Source of the DNA: Candidatus Kerfeldbacteria bacterium
Lineage (GTDB): Bacteria > Patescibacteriota > Patescibacteriia > UBA10025 > JAHIVO01
Assembly (NCBI GenBank): GCA_047946875.1
Contig: CP181398.1
Location: forward strand, 207,154 to 271,153
DNA length: 64,000 nucleotides
Direction of reading: 5' to 3'
Below the pieces are notes generated by a model. It searched no databases. It was not told where the DNA came from and was given only the letters and a program-made list of their open reading frames with translations. Numbering within the stretch: position 1 is the stretch's first letter; each line of letters begins with the position of its first letter. Both the position numbers and the translations under genes were made by a program. Of this stretch, positions 1 through 9,262 are shown piece by piece.

Positions 1-325
1 AGTAGCGGTGGATGTTTTTAATGCGGTACGTCTTATTGGTTATCCTGAATGCCAGATAAATTTAGCACATGGTGTAGTCTATCTGGCGAAAGCACCAAAG
101 GATAATTCTGCTTATCTTGGATTATTAGCATCAAAAAAAGATGTTAAAGAATCTATGAATGAACCAGTACCATTACATCTTCGTAATGCAGTTACTGATC
201 TTATGAAGGATCTTAACTATGGAAAGGATTATAAGTATTCTCATGATTATGACAAAGAGGATGGTAAGCAAGATTATTTACCAACGAGTTTGAAAGGGAA
301 AAAATATTATAAAGATAAAAAATAA
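1..325 (+). CDS. rarA: Replication-associated recombination protein A, C-terminal part (5' truncated by window)
   Basis: IGYPECQINLAH, APKDNSAY, VPLHLRNA, YKYSHDY, QDYLP motifs of the MgsA/RarA C-terminal domain. Confidence 0.92.
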   Translation, partial: VAVDVFNAVRLIGYPECQINLAHGVVYLAKAPKDNSAYLGLLASKKDVKESMNEPVPLHLRNAVTDLMKDLNYGKDYKYSHDYDKEDGKQDYLPTSLKGKKYYKDKK

Positions 326-326
326 T

Positions 327-887
327 ATGAATTTACCACGTTTCAACGAAGTTAGTTATGCTCATTTTATTACCACCAAGACTTTTGAGAATAAAAAAAT
401 ATTTAGTGATAAAAACTGTTGTGAAATTTTGGTAAGTGATATTGATTTTTATAGTGGTAAGTTAGGTTTTCAATTAATTGGATATTGTATTATGCCTGAT
501 CATCTTCATCTGATAATTTGGTGGGATGTTGAAGGAAATAATGATTTAAATATTTCAAAAGTGATGCATAGAATTAAAGGATTGTCTGCTCAAAATTTAT
601 CACGTTATTTATTGGGTAGTCGAGGCGTTTCTGCCTCGACAGAAAGCCAAGGCACAAAGGCCTTGTCTACCCTTAGCAAAAAACACGTTATGAAAATATG
701 GCAACCGTCATTTTATGACTTTAATATTTATTCTGACAATAAACTGAACGAAAAATTGAATTATATTCATTATAATCCAGTGCGAGCTGGATTATGTGCA
801 GAGCCTGAGGATTGGATATGGTCATCATATAGTTATTATAAATTTGGAAAACAAGGAAAGATAAATATTAACAATATTACTAAATAA
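327..887 (+). mobile_element. REP-associated tyrosine (HUH/Y1) transposase, RAYT-like
   Basis: HFITT, MPDHLH (HUH), WQPSFYD, YIHYNPVRAGL, W.WSSY motifs. Confidence 0.9.
614..672. repeat. GTAG-type REP doublet (REPIN-like) inside the RAYT coding sequence
   Basis: GGGTAG-TCGAGGC gtttct GCCTCGA ... CAAGGC acaaag GCCTTG-T-CTACCC: two inverted GTAG-tagged hairpins. Confidence 0.75.
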
Positions 888-1775
888 ATGAGTATTGGAT
901 TTTTATTAGCATTAGTAGCGGGATTGATTTGGTCGGGGAGTAATGTATTGGATAAACTATTAGCCAGTAAATTAGTTAAGAGTTTATTTTTTATGATGTT
1001 GATTTTTAGTTCAGTATTCTTTATTATTGGAATAATTATATTTTTAATAGAACCAGTTTTTATTTCAGGAAACGGTTTACTATTTACGATTGCTTCCGGA
1101 GTAGCTCAGTTAGCAGGTGTATTTTTTTACCTCAAAGCAATGAAGACACAAGAAGCTTCCAGAGTAGTGCCACTTTTTTCTATTGGTACAATTCTTATAG
1201 TTTTATTTAGTGCAATATTTTTGGGCGAGGTTTTTTCTACAATTCAGTATCTTGGAATTTTTTTAGTTATTGGCGGTGCCGTATTAATATCCTTACATGG
1301 TTCATTAAAATCAATTTTTAAAAGTAAGTTATTAGGACTTATGTCAATGTCTGGATTATTTATGGCAATAAATGCAATTCTCTATAAATATTTACTTGAG
1401 ACTTATAATTACAAACAAATTTTTTCACATGTAAGTATGTCCGCAGGATTGATAGGCATTATAGTACTTACAATTTTATATATTTTTATCAAAGAAAAAT
1501 TGGAAAAGGTTAGCCTGAAACACATTTTGTTAAATTCTTTCTCAAATACATTAGGAGTAATTGGTGAGTTAATTTATGTTATTGCTCTATCTATGTGGTA
1601 TTTAGCTTTGGTTGAAACTATTGCTTCTCTACAATTTGTTTTTATTTTTTTATGGAGTTTATTATTGTCTAGATTCAAACCAGAATTAATGACTGAAAAA
1701 ATTAACCAGAAGATCTTTATTCAAAAGAGTATTTCCATTATACTTATAATAGTAGGAATATATTTAATTACATAA
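888..1775 (+). CDS. EamA/DMT family transporter
   Basis: About 10 TM helices; YLKAM..EASRVVPL..FLGE motif; two EamA-like halves. Confidence 0.85.
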   Translation: MSIGFLLALVAGLIWSGSNVLDKLLASKLVKSLFFMMLIFSSVFFIIGIIIFLIEPVFISGNGLLFTIASGVAQLAGVFFYLKAMKTQEASRVVPLFSIGTILIVLFSAIFLGEVFSTIQYLGIFLVIGGAVLISLHGSLKSIFKSKLLGLMSMSGLFMAINAILYKYLLETYNYKQIFSHVSMSAGLIGIIVLTILYIFIKEKLEKVSLKHILLNSFSNTLGVIGELIYVIALSMWYLALVETIASLQFVFIFLWSLLLSRFKPELMTEKINQKIFIQKSISIILIIVGIYLIT

Positions 1776-1778
1776 AAT

Positions 1779-2327
1779 ATGAAAACTGATCTAAAGAAGT
1801 GGAAAAAAGTTAAATCAAAAAAAATACTACATAATAAACATGTACAGATGTATCAAGATTTGGTGAAGCTACCTAATGGTAAACTATATGATTATTTTGT
1901 TGTAGGTAAAAGATCTAAAGCCGTATTAATATTGCCTATGGATAAGAAGGGTAGGATATTGATATCAAAGGAATATCGTCATCCACTAGGTAAAGTAATT
2001 TATCAATCCATAGGTGGCTCAGTAGAAAATAATGAGAAACCATTGGTGGCTGCAAAAAGAGAGCTTAAAGAAGAGTCTGGTTATACAGCAAAGAAGTTTC
2101 AATTGTTAGGTAATTTTTATGTTAACCCTTCTTTAGCAACAACAATTTTTTACGCCTATCTAGCAACTGACTTAGTAAAGGGTGTACCAGAACCAGAGCA
2201 AGAAGAGTTTATCGAGAGTGAGTTTGTGACCCAGAAAAAATTTAAGGAGATGATAAGGACAGGGGAGATAATGGAGCCATTTCTTATGGATGCGTTTTTA
2301 TTATATCAATTAAAGTTTAAAAAATGA
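1779..2327 (+). CDS. NUDIX hydrolase (ADP-ribose pyrophosphatase-like)
   Basis: Nudix box GGSVENNEKPLVAAKRELKEESGY; EYRHP motif. Confidence 0.88.
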   Translation: MKTDLKKWKKVKSKKILHNKHVQMYQDLVKLPNGKLYDYFVVGKRSKAVLILPMDKKGRILISKEYRHPLGKVIYQSIGGSVENNEKPLVAAKRELKEESGYTAKKFQLLGNFYVNPSLATTIFYAYLATDLVKGVPEPEQEEFIESEFVTQKKFKEMIRTGEIMEPFLMDAFLLYQLKFKK

Positions 2328-2743
2328 TTCAAGTAAATTCAGCCGGAGCAATAATATACTATAATGATAATGGAGAATTAAAATTTTTGTTATTACAATA
2401 TATTGGAAAATATTGGGAATATGCCAGAGGGCATGTCGAGTCAGGAGAATCTAAGATTGATACAGCAAGAAGAGAGATTTCTGAAGAAACTGGATTAAAA
2501 AATTTGAATTTTGTTGAAGGTTTTCAAACGAAATCAGTTTTTCAGTATGAGTATAAAAAAAAGAAACATAGTAAGGAAGTAGTCTTATTTCTTGCAGAGT
2601 CCAAAAGTAATAAGGTAAAAATTTCGCATGAACATATTGGATTCGTATGGTTATCTGCAAAAGAGGCATTAAAAAGGATAACCTATGCAAATAGTAAAAA
2701 AGCTTTTAAAGATGCTCTTGATTTTCTAAAAATTAAGTACTAG
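2324..2743 (+). CDS. NUDIX hydrolase (Ap4A hydrolase-like)
   Basis: SAGAII, RGHVESGES...REISEETG, SHEH..F.W. Confidence 0.88.
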   Translation: MIQVNSAGAIIYYNDNGELKFLLLQYIGKYWEYARGHVESGESKIDTARREISEETGLKNLNFVEGFQTKSVFQYEYKKKKHSKEVVLFLAESKSNKVKISHEHIGFVWLSAKEALKRITYANSKKAFKDALDFLKIKY

Positions 2744-2806
2744 ATATATTGACCAATAGCTCAAAATAAGGTATTTTTAATATATATTCATTAAGCAAAA
2801 AAATAT

Positions 2807-3142
2807 ATGCAAGATGAAAGATGGAAAGATATTATTGGTAGAGTGTTGGATGATTTTGACGTACTTGAGCATGAAACAAAAGATTTAGATCCTGGTCCTG
2901 GTGATGTAGAATATATTATTTTTAATGGACCTCTAGGTAAAATGAAGTTAGAGAGAACTAACAAACCAGTGATTTTAGATAAAAAAGGTTTGGGTTCTAG
3001 AAGGATAGGAAGTGAGGTAACAGTCCAATATACATATTCAGATACTGAGAAGGTACATAATTTCAAAGCATATCAATGGAAAGAAGATCGGGATAGTTGG
3101 GTAGAAATGGAAATGGAGGAGAAAGGTATGTTTAGCATGTAA
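2807..3142 (+). CDS. Hypothetical protein
   Basis: 111-aa ORF in operon context; upstream TTGACC...TATTTT promoter-like sequence. Confidence 0.7.
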   Translation: MQDERWKDIIGRVLDDFDVLEHETKDLDPGPGDVEYIIFNGPLGKMKLERTNKPVILDKKGLGSRRIGSEVTVQYTYSDTEKVHNFKAYQWKEDRDSWVEMEMEEKGMFSM

Positions 3143-3147
3143 ATAGT

Positions 3148-3420
3148 ATGACAAATCCTCTAGATATAAATACAAAAATAGCAAATAATTTCTATCAAAA
3201 ATCAAAAATGCTTTCAGAGAAAGGGGATAAGCATAAATTTCGTGCAATATCATATTACAAAGGAGCTAAGGCTATCGAGCAATTGGACAAAGGTTTAGAT
3301 GAAATTTATCAACATGGTTGGCTAGTGGGATTACAGAAAATAAAAGGTATAGGTAATAGACTGGCTCATGATATAGAGACCGAACTAAAAAAATCAAATT
3401 TAATAAAATCTAAAAAATAA
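3148..3420 (+). CDS. Stand-alone helix-hairpin-helix protein resembling the PolX N-terminal 8-kDa domain
   Basis: FRAISYYKGAKAIEQL...LQKIKGIGNRLAHDIE. Confidence 0.75.
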   Translation: MTNPLDINTKIANNFYQKSKMLSEKGDKHKFRAISYYKGAKAIEQLDKGLDEIYQHGWLVGLQKIKGIGNRLAHDIETELKKSNLIKSKK

Positions 3421-3434
3421 TCTAATATAAAAGT

Positions 3435-3920
3435 ATGAGAAGGAAAGCATCATTAATAACAATTTTAGTAATTGCGATAGCAGGGATAATATTTTCTGGA
3501 TATCTGTCATACTACACATTATTTGCAGAAGGATGTAGTGAAGCAATCATAAGTTGTGGAGGGTCTGATTCAGTAGAAATTTTTGGACTACCGACGTGTG
3601 TCTATGGTTTTTTTATGTATTTAGTAGTAATTATTCTTACTATCATTACTTTGCTGCGTGATAAAAAAAGATGTTTGCAAAAAGCTATTTTAATAATTGG
3701 TATTGCTGGATTATTATTCTCTGGATATTTATCAGTATATGAGCTATTTTTCCAAAATACAGAATTTACGGAATTACCCGCATGTGTTTATGGTTTTGTG
3801 ATGTATTTAGGAATAGTGATTGTAGCTAGTCTTGGTCTTAGTAAAAAGAATTTAGCTTTAGATAGTCATGTGCAGGAAACTGAGATTACTAAAACTTCTG
3901 AGCAGGACGACAATAATTAA
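3435..3920 (+). CDS. VKOR-like membrane protein (atypical, no CXXC)
   Basis: 4 TM helices; loop Cys pair (C.....SC); IFGLPTCVYG; FSGYLS occurs twice. Confidence 0.65.
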   Translation: MRRKASLITILVIAIAGIIFSGYLSYYTLFAEGCSEAIISCGGSDSVEIFGLPTCVYGFFMYLVVIILTIITLLRDKKRCLQKAILIIGIAGLLFSGYLSVYELFFQNTEFTELPACVYGFVMYLGIVIVASLGLSKKNLALDSHVQETEITKTSEQDDNN

Positions 3921-3931
3921 TCATAAGTTTC

Positions 3932-4141
3932 ATGGAATTTTTTCAAGATGCATTTAGAGAAGCGGTTAGTTTTCTCACTAACCCAGATGGGCTAGGTTTT
4001 CCTATTTTGATAGGCTCTGGTTTAGGTATGGTTTTGTATCTGATGAATTATTCAAGTAAGGAATCAAAAAAAGCAGATCAAAAGATTGATGAAAAAAAGG
4101 AAACTTATAATAAAACAATTTACCCACATAAGCCATTTTAA
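3932..4141 (+). CDS. Small single-TM hypothetical protein
   Basis: 69 aa, one hydrophobic segment, operon spacing. Confidence 0.55.
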   Translation: MEFFQDAFREAVSFLTNPDGLGFPILIGSGLGMVLYLMNYSSKESKKADQKIDEKKETYNKTIYPHKPF

Positions 4142-4146
4142 ATTTT

Positions 4147-4938
4147 ATGTTAAAGGTTACTAATTTAACAAAGAAGTTTAAAAATTTTACTGCGGTTGAT
4201 GATGTTTCTTTCGAAGCGAAGACGGGTGAGATATTCGGATTACTTGGTCCAAATGGAGCGGGTAAGACAACTACAATTAGAGTTCTGGCGACAGTATTAA
4301 AAGCGACTAGCGGTACGGCAAATATCGCTGGTTTTGATATTAATGATAATTCAGAAGAAGTAAGAAAGAATATTGGAGTGTTAACTGCGGAAATTGGTCT
4401 TTATGATAGATTTACTGCTAGAGAGAATATGAGATATTTTGGGCAGTTGTATGGGATGGGTGGTAAGAAGTTGGAAGAAAGGATAGATGAATTAGTTTAT
4501 GTTTTGCATATGGAAAGATTTGCTGATCGCAGGGCTGGTAAATTTTCTACTGGCATGAAACAGAAAGTTGCTATTAGTCGTTCTATTATTCATGATCCTA
4601 AGGTTATTATTTTTGATGAACCAACAGCCGGATTAGATGTTTTAGCATCACAGACCGTTATTTCATTTATGAAAGAATCAAAAAAGAATGGAAAGTTGGT
4701 AATATTATCAACGCACGACATGAATGATGCAGAAAAGCTATGTGATAATATCGCTATAATACATAGAGCAAAAGTAGTAGCCAAAGGTACAGTCAGTGAG
4801 TTGTTACAGAAAACAAACCAAGATAATCTAGAAGGCGCATTTACAAGTATTGTTGGCACTGAAGCAGCTATAGAGGCAGAAAAATTAGCTGAAGAGAAGC
4901 AGTTATCTGAAATGAGTAAGAAGAAAAAATTTTTATGA
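4147..4938 (+). CDS. ABC transporter ATP-binding protein (NatA-like)
   Basis: GPNGAGKTT, FSTGMKQK, IIFDEPT, STH. Confidence 0.92.
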   Translation: MLKVTNLTKKFKNFTAVDDVSFEAKTGEIFGLLGPNGAGKTTTIRVLATVLKATSGTANIAGFDINDNSEEVRKNIGVLTAEIGLYDRFTARENMRYFGQLYGMGGKKLEERIDELVYVLHMERFADRRAGKFSTGMKQKVAISRSIIHDPKVIIFDEPTAGLDVLASQTVISFMKESKKNGKLVILSTHDMNDAEKLCDNIAIIHRAKVVAKGTVSELLQKTNQDNLEGAFTSIVGTEAAIEAEKLAEEKQLSEMSKKKKFL

Positions 4939-6125
4939 AAGAGATATTCACAGTCTGGAAAAAAGAATTAATTGATAATTTCAGAGATCGACGTACTTTG
5001 ATAACTGCAATAATGATGCCGATTATATTAATGCCATTGATGTTAATAGGTACTTTTAAATTACAAGAATATCAAGTAAATCAAGCAGAAGAAAAAACTA
5101 CAATAATTGGTATTAATAAACAAGAGTCTGCTCCAAGTCTTATTTCGTATTTGGAAGAACAAGATAAAGTAGAATTGGTATATGGGATTGGTAATTATAA
5201 AAATGATATTGATGATGGGACGATCAATGTATATATTGAAGTAGAAGAAGATTTTGAAACAGTTTTGAGTAGTCAAGGTATTGCTGATGTAAGTTTATAT
5301 TTAAAATCTTCAAATATTGACTCTTCGACAGCGGTCAGCAAAGTTAATTTATTCCTAAATACTTTTAATCAGATAATTGGAGTAAGTCGTTTATCTGAAC
5401 AGGGGATTGATCCAAATATTATTCAAGGTTTAGCAATAAATATAGAAGATATTTCTACCGCTGAAGAACGAGGTGGATTTATTGTGGGACTATTGCTGCC
5501 TATGTTCATAGTAATTTTTGCTATTGTTGGTGGTATGTATATAGCTATCGATGTTTCCGCTGGAGAGAAAGAAAGAAAAACTTTGGAAGCATTATTATTA
5601 GCACCTATATCTAGATTCAAATTGGTTATGGGAAAGTATTTAGCAGTAACTACTATGGCAAGTATTACAATAATTTTGTCACTTATATCTATGAGTGTGG
5701 CATTTTCTGTGTATCCTCCAGATTTAGCAGGTTTAGGAGAGGTTGTTATCAATTTAAATATAACCAGTGTTAGTATAATGCTAATAATTGGAATAATTAT
5801 GGCTTTTATGTTTTCTGGTTTTCTATTGTCTGTAGCTATTTTCGCTAAGAGTTATAAGGAGGCTCAGAATTATATATCCCCATTTTATTTATTGGCAGTG
5901 TTGCCAGTGGCGATAGCAAATTCTTTACCTGGTTTTAAACCAACTATATACTTTTTTGCAATTCCTGGTGTAAATGCTGTATTTGTAATCAAAGAATCGC
6001 TTCTTGGAGTTTATGATTTTACGCATATAATGATCACTATAATTTCATTATTGATTTTTGCTGCTATATCTATTGTTGTGGCTAGTAAAATTTATTCTAA
6101 AGAAGGAATATTATTTCGAGATTAG
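4935..6125 (+). CDS. ABC-2 permease (NatB-like)
   Basis: KKELIDNFRDRRT, AGEKERKTLEALL, AKSYKEAQNY. Confidence 0.9.
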   Translation: MKEIFTVWKKELIDNFRDRRTLITAIMMPIILMPLMLIGTFKLQEYQVNQAEEKTTIIGINKQESAPSLISYLEEQDKVELVYGIGNYKNDIDDGTINVYIEVEEDFETVLSSQGIADVSLYLKSSNIDSSTAVSKVNLFLNTFNQIIGVSRLSEQGIDPNIIQGLAINIEDISTAEERGGFIVGLLLPMFIVIFAIVGGMYIAIDVSAGEKERKTLEALLLAPISRFKLVMGKYLAVTTMASITIILSLISMSVAFSVYPPDLAGLGEVVINLNITSVSIMLIIGIIMAFMFSGFLLSVAIFAKSYKEAQNYISPFYLLAVLPVAIANSLPGFKPTIYFFAIPGVNAVFVIKESLLGVYDFTHIMITIISLLIFAAISIVVASKIYSKEGILFRD

Positions 6126-6189
6126 TAGACCTTTATCAATATCCAAAATGTGCGTATAATAACAGATGATAACAAATTAAAAAGATATT

Positions 6190-6642
6190 ATGCAAGTAGG
6201 TAAAATAATGACAAAAAATCCGGTTACAATACCTGATTCAGCCACTTTATTAAAAACAGCCAAAATATTGAAAGATAATAATATTTCAGGTGCTCCCGTA
6301 GTAAATGAAGATGGAGATTTAGTTGGTATTGTATCTGAGAAAGACGTTTTTAAGGCTTTATACCCATCACATGCTGAGTTTTATGATAGTCCAGGTATTT
6401 GGGTAGATTTAGAATCACTTGAAGAGAAAACAAGAGATGCTATTGATAAACCTGTTCAAGATTTTATGACAAGAGATGTAATAACAGTTAATTCTAATGC
6501 ATCATTAATGCAGGTTGGTTCAATGATGATGGTCCGTGGTATACATCGGATAGTAGTGACTACTCAGGACAATAGGATTGAGGGGATAGTAACCCGTAGA
6601 GATATTTATCAGAATGTACTAAATAAAAGATTAGGGATATAG
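6190..6642 (+). CDS. CBS-domain pair protein
   Basis: ISGAPVV..GIVSEKD and IHRIVV..GIVTRRD. Confidence 0.9.
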   Translation: MQVGKIMTKNPVTIPDSATLLKTAKILKDNNISGAPVVNEDGDLVGIVSEKDVFKALYPSHAEFYDSPGIWVDLESLEEKTRDAIDKPVQDFMTRDVITVNSNASLMQVGSMMMVRGIHRIVVTTQDNRIEGIVTRRDIYQNVLNKRLGI

Positions 6643-6645
6643 TAA

Positions 6646-7512
6646 ATGCCAGAATTACCAGAAGTAGAGACTGTAAGGAGTCAGTTAGCTACTGTTTTAA
6701 AAAATAAAAAAATAAACGGATTAGAAATTAGGAAACCAAAACTAATTAAAAGTCCAATTTTTAGTTTCAAAAAAAATGTGGTTGGTGCAAAAGTTACTGG
6801 AGTAAAAAGAAGAGCAAAATTAATAATTATAAATTTATCAAACAGTTACTCGGTATTTATTCATTTAAAAATGACTGGTCAATTGGTATATAGAAATAAG
6901 AAAATATTAAAAGTTGGAGGGCATCCTATCAAGGATGGTGTTAAAGATTTGCCAAATAAATATTCCCATATTATTTTTTCAATGACAGATGGTGGCGAAT
7001 TATTTTTTAATGACCTAAGACAATTTGGTTATTTAAAATTAGTTAAGACTTTAGATATTGATAATATATTTGTTAAATCAAAAATAGGTCCAGAACCACT
7101 TGATAAAGAATTCAGCTTAGATGTTTTTCAGAAACTTCTGAAAAAGAAGCCTAAGTCAAAAATCAAACCGTTATTGATGGATCAGACTTTTGTGGCTGGT
7201 ATAGGTAATATTTATGCGGCTGAGGTTTGTTTTTCTTCCAAAGTTGATCCAAGGAGATTAGTTAATACTTTGAAAGAAAGAGAAATATTTGATATTTATA
7301 AGCATATAGTTAGAATATTAAAACTTGCAGTAAAAAAACAAGGCACTTCATCAAAAAACTATGTTGATGCTTATGGTAATCCTGGTAGCTATGTTCCTAT
7401 GCTAAAAGTTTATGGAAGAAAAGATAAGAATTGTTTTCAATGCAAAACCAAAATTTTATCGATGAAGCTAGCTGGGCGGGGGACAAATTATTGTCCTAAA
7501 TGTCAAAAATAA
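6646..7512 (+). CDS. mutM: Formamidopyrimidine-DNA glycosylase
   Basis: MPELPEVE, HLKMTG, GIGNIY, C-terminal Zn finger CPKCQ. Confidence 0.97.
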   Translation: MPELPEVETVRSQLATVLKNKKINGLEIRKPKLIKSPIFSFKKNVVGAKVTGVKRRAKLIIINLSNSYSVFIHLKMTGQLVYRNKKILKVGGHPIKDGVKDLPNKYSHIIFSMTDGGELFFNDLRQFGYLKLVKTLDIDNIFVKSKIGPEPLDKEFSLDVFQKLLKKKPKSKIKPLLMDQTFVAGIGNIYAAEVCFSSKVDPRRLVNTLKEREIFDIYKHIVRILKLAVKKQGTSSKNYVDAYGNPGSYVPMLKVYGRKDKNCFQCKTKILSMKLAGRGTNYCPKCQK

Positions 7513-7565
7513 AATGACGCTTTAAAGCGTCATCCTGAGGTCATAATAATAACCGAAGGACCTCA
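7512..7565 (+). repeat. GTC-tagged palindromic repeat (sister of 24716-24764)
   Basis: ATGACGCTTTAAAGCGTCATCCTGAGG...CCGAAGGACCTCA; related inverted copy at 24716-24764. Confidence 0.7.
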
Positions 7566-7578
7566 ATTGTTAATTTAT

Positions 7579-8016
7579 TTAGAATATATAATAAGAGAGA
7601 GCACCTATTGCAAATCCAATTATACCTCCTATTAAAACTTGTAAAGGAGTGTGTTGTAGTTTAGTAGAAACAGGATTTAAACCTTCATTAGCAAGTTCTG
7701 GGTGGTTATCAACTATCATTTTTAGTACTTTACTATTTTCATCTACAAAACCACGAAATTTCATGGCATCGACAATAATTATTGCTGAAAAAATAATTGA
7801 AATTCCGAATGCAATAGAATCTACTCCAGCATAATAACCCACTAATGTAGTTAGAGATGTAACTGTTGCAGTATGTGATGAGGGCATCCCACCGTAAACA
7901 GACAATATTCCTTTAAGATTAAAATTACCCTTAATGCCATCGGTCGTAAGTTTGATTGTTTGTACTACGAGTATAGTAATAATGGCGGTAAGTACTATTT
8001 GTATGGTAATATTCAT
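7579..8016 (-). CDS. Divergent PAP2 family protein (DUF212)
   Basis: GGMPSSHTA, DAM..R, HTPLQVLIG. Confidence 0.9.
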   Translation of the reverse strand: MNITIQIVLTAIITILVVQTIKLTTDGIKGNFNLKGILSVYGGMPSSHTATVTSLTTLVGYYAGVDSIAFGISIIFSAIIIVDAMKFRGFVDENSKVLKMIVDNHPELANEGLNPVSTKLQHTPLQVLIGGIIGFAIGALSYYIF

Positions 8017-8024
8017 AATATACT

Positions 8025-8840
8025 ATGGATTATTTATATTCGACAATTTTAGGATTGATTCAAGGTTTGACTGAGGTGTTTCCGGTGTCTAGTTCTGGAC
8101 ACTTGGTGATTGCCCATGACTTATTAAACTTTGATTTTGTTAGCGATTTAAGTTTTGATGTTGCTTTGCATTTAGGTACACTTTTAGCTCTAGTTGTTTA
8201 TTTTTATAAGGATATTAATAAATATATCGTATCATTCTTTGGTAGTTTTGCCAATTGGGATTTGAAAAATAACTTTGATCAACGGATGGCTTGGTACATA
8301 TTAGTTAGTACTATACCAGCTGGTATAGCTGGCTTTTTTATGGCAGATATTGCAGAAGAATTATTAAGGAATTTATGGTTGGTCGCATCAATGTTAATAA
8401 TATTTGGAATATTTTTTATTGTTTTTGAAAAGATATTTAAAAAAGACAAAGAGTTAGATCAATTAAAATGGTTTGGCGCTATTCATATTGGCGTCGCTCA
8501 GGCCATAGCCTTAATTCCCGGTGTTTCTAGATCAGGTATAACAATAATTACAGGTTTAGCGCAGGGCTTGAAGAGGGAAGCAGCAGCAAGATTTTCTTTT
8601 TTATTATCTATTCCAATAGTGTTCGGAGCAGGTATGAAAAAAATGTATGACGTTAGTCAAACGGGCCTAGAAAATGATCAATGGATTATACTTGGGGTAG
8701 GGTTTGTTGTTTCAGCTGTGGTTGGTTATTTAGCAATCAGATTCTTATTAAAATTCTTACAAAAAAATCCTTTAAATATTTTTGCTTATTATCGTTTTGT
8801 ATTAGCTGGTGTGATTATTATATATTTATTAGTTAGGTAG
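8025..8840 (+). CDS. uppP: Undecaprenyl-diphosphate phosphatase
   Basis: QGLTEVFPVSSSGH, PGVSRSG, ARFSFLL. Confidence 0.95.
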   Translation: MDYLYSTILGLIQGLTEVFPVSSSGHLVIAHDLLNFDFVSDLSFDVALHLGTLLALVVYFYKDINKYIVSFFGSFANWDLKNNFDQRMAWYILVSTIPAGIAGFFMADIAEELLRNLWLVASMLIIFGIFFIVFEKIFKKDKELDQLKWFGAIHIGVAQAIALIPGVSRSGITIITGLAQGLKREAAARFSFLLSIPIVFGAGMKKMYDVSQTGLENDQWIILGVGFVVSAVVGYLAIRFLLKFLQKNPLNIFAYYRFVLAGVIIIYLLVR

Positions 8841-8856
8841 TTATAATTTGTTCGTA

Positions 8857-8963
8857 CTTTCTGTAACCAGAAAGTACCAAAGAGTTCCGGGGGTCTTCAA
8901 TTCGCTCCCTGGAAATTTTAATATACTATTATTGATTGGCTCAAGAAGACGCCCCGGACCCCC
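8857..8963. repeat. Structured intergenic element (hairpin plus long GC-rich stem)
   Basis: GTACTTTCTG-taac-CAGAAAGTAC, then TCCGGGGGTCTTC...GAAGACGCCCCGGA. Confidence 0.5.
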
Positions 8964-9032
8964 AAAAGTAAAACTTACAACTGTAAAATAAATTTAATTT
9001 ATAAAAGTAAAAATGTAATTATAAAAATATCT

Positions 9033-9165
9033 TGTCATTCTGAGGAGCCTGAGAGAAACGAAGGGGACGTGAGAATCTCCACGCAAAGCGTGGTAGATAG
9101 CTTTATTAATAGTAAATACACCTGACCAGAGGTCAGGAGATGCTTCGACTTCGCTCAGCATGACA
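9033..9165. repeat. GTC-tagged palindromic repeat pair
   Basis: TGTCATTCTGAG...CTCAGCATGACA; internal CCTGACCAGAGGTCAGG hairpin resembles the one at 52978-52994. Confidence 0.75.
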
Positions 9166-9210
9166 ATGGGTGTCAAAAAGTATCATTAATAATAAGTATT
9201 ATTTATAAAT

Positions 9211-9244
9211 AAAAAACCGCCCTATAAAAGAAGACGGTTTTTTT
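9211..9244. terminator. Bidirectional intrinsic terminator-like hairpin
   Basis: AAAAAACCGCC...GACGGTTTTTTT between convergent genes. Confidence 0.6.
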
Positions 9245-9262
9245 CAATGATTCTATAAATTG

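Noticed and set aside
8994-9176. 60-aa minus-strand ORF (VMLSEVEASPDLWSG)
   Set aside because: It is a translation of the palindromic repeat, not a credible gene; the same applies to ORFs 29671-29925, 52944-53339 and 54188-54388
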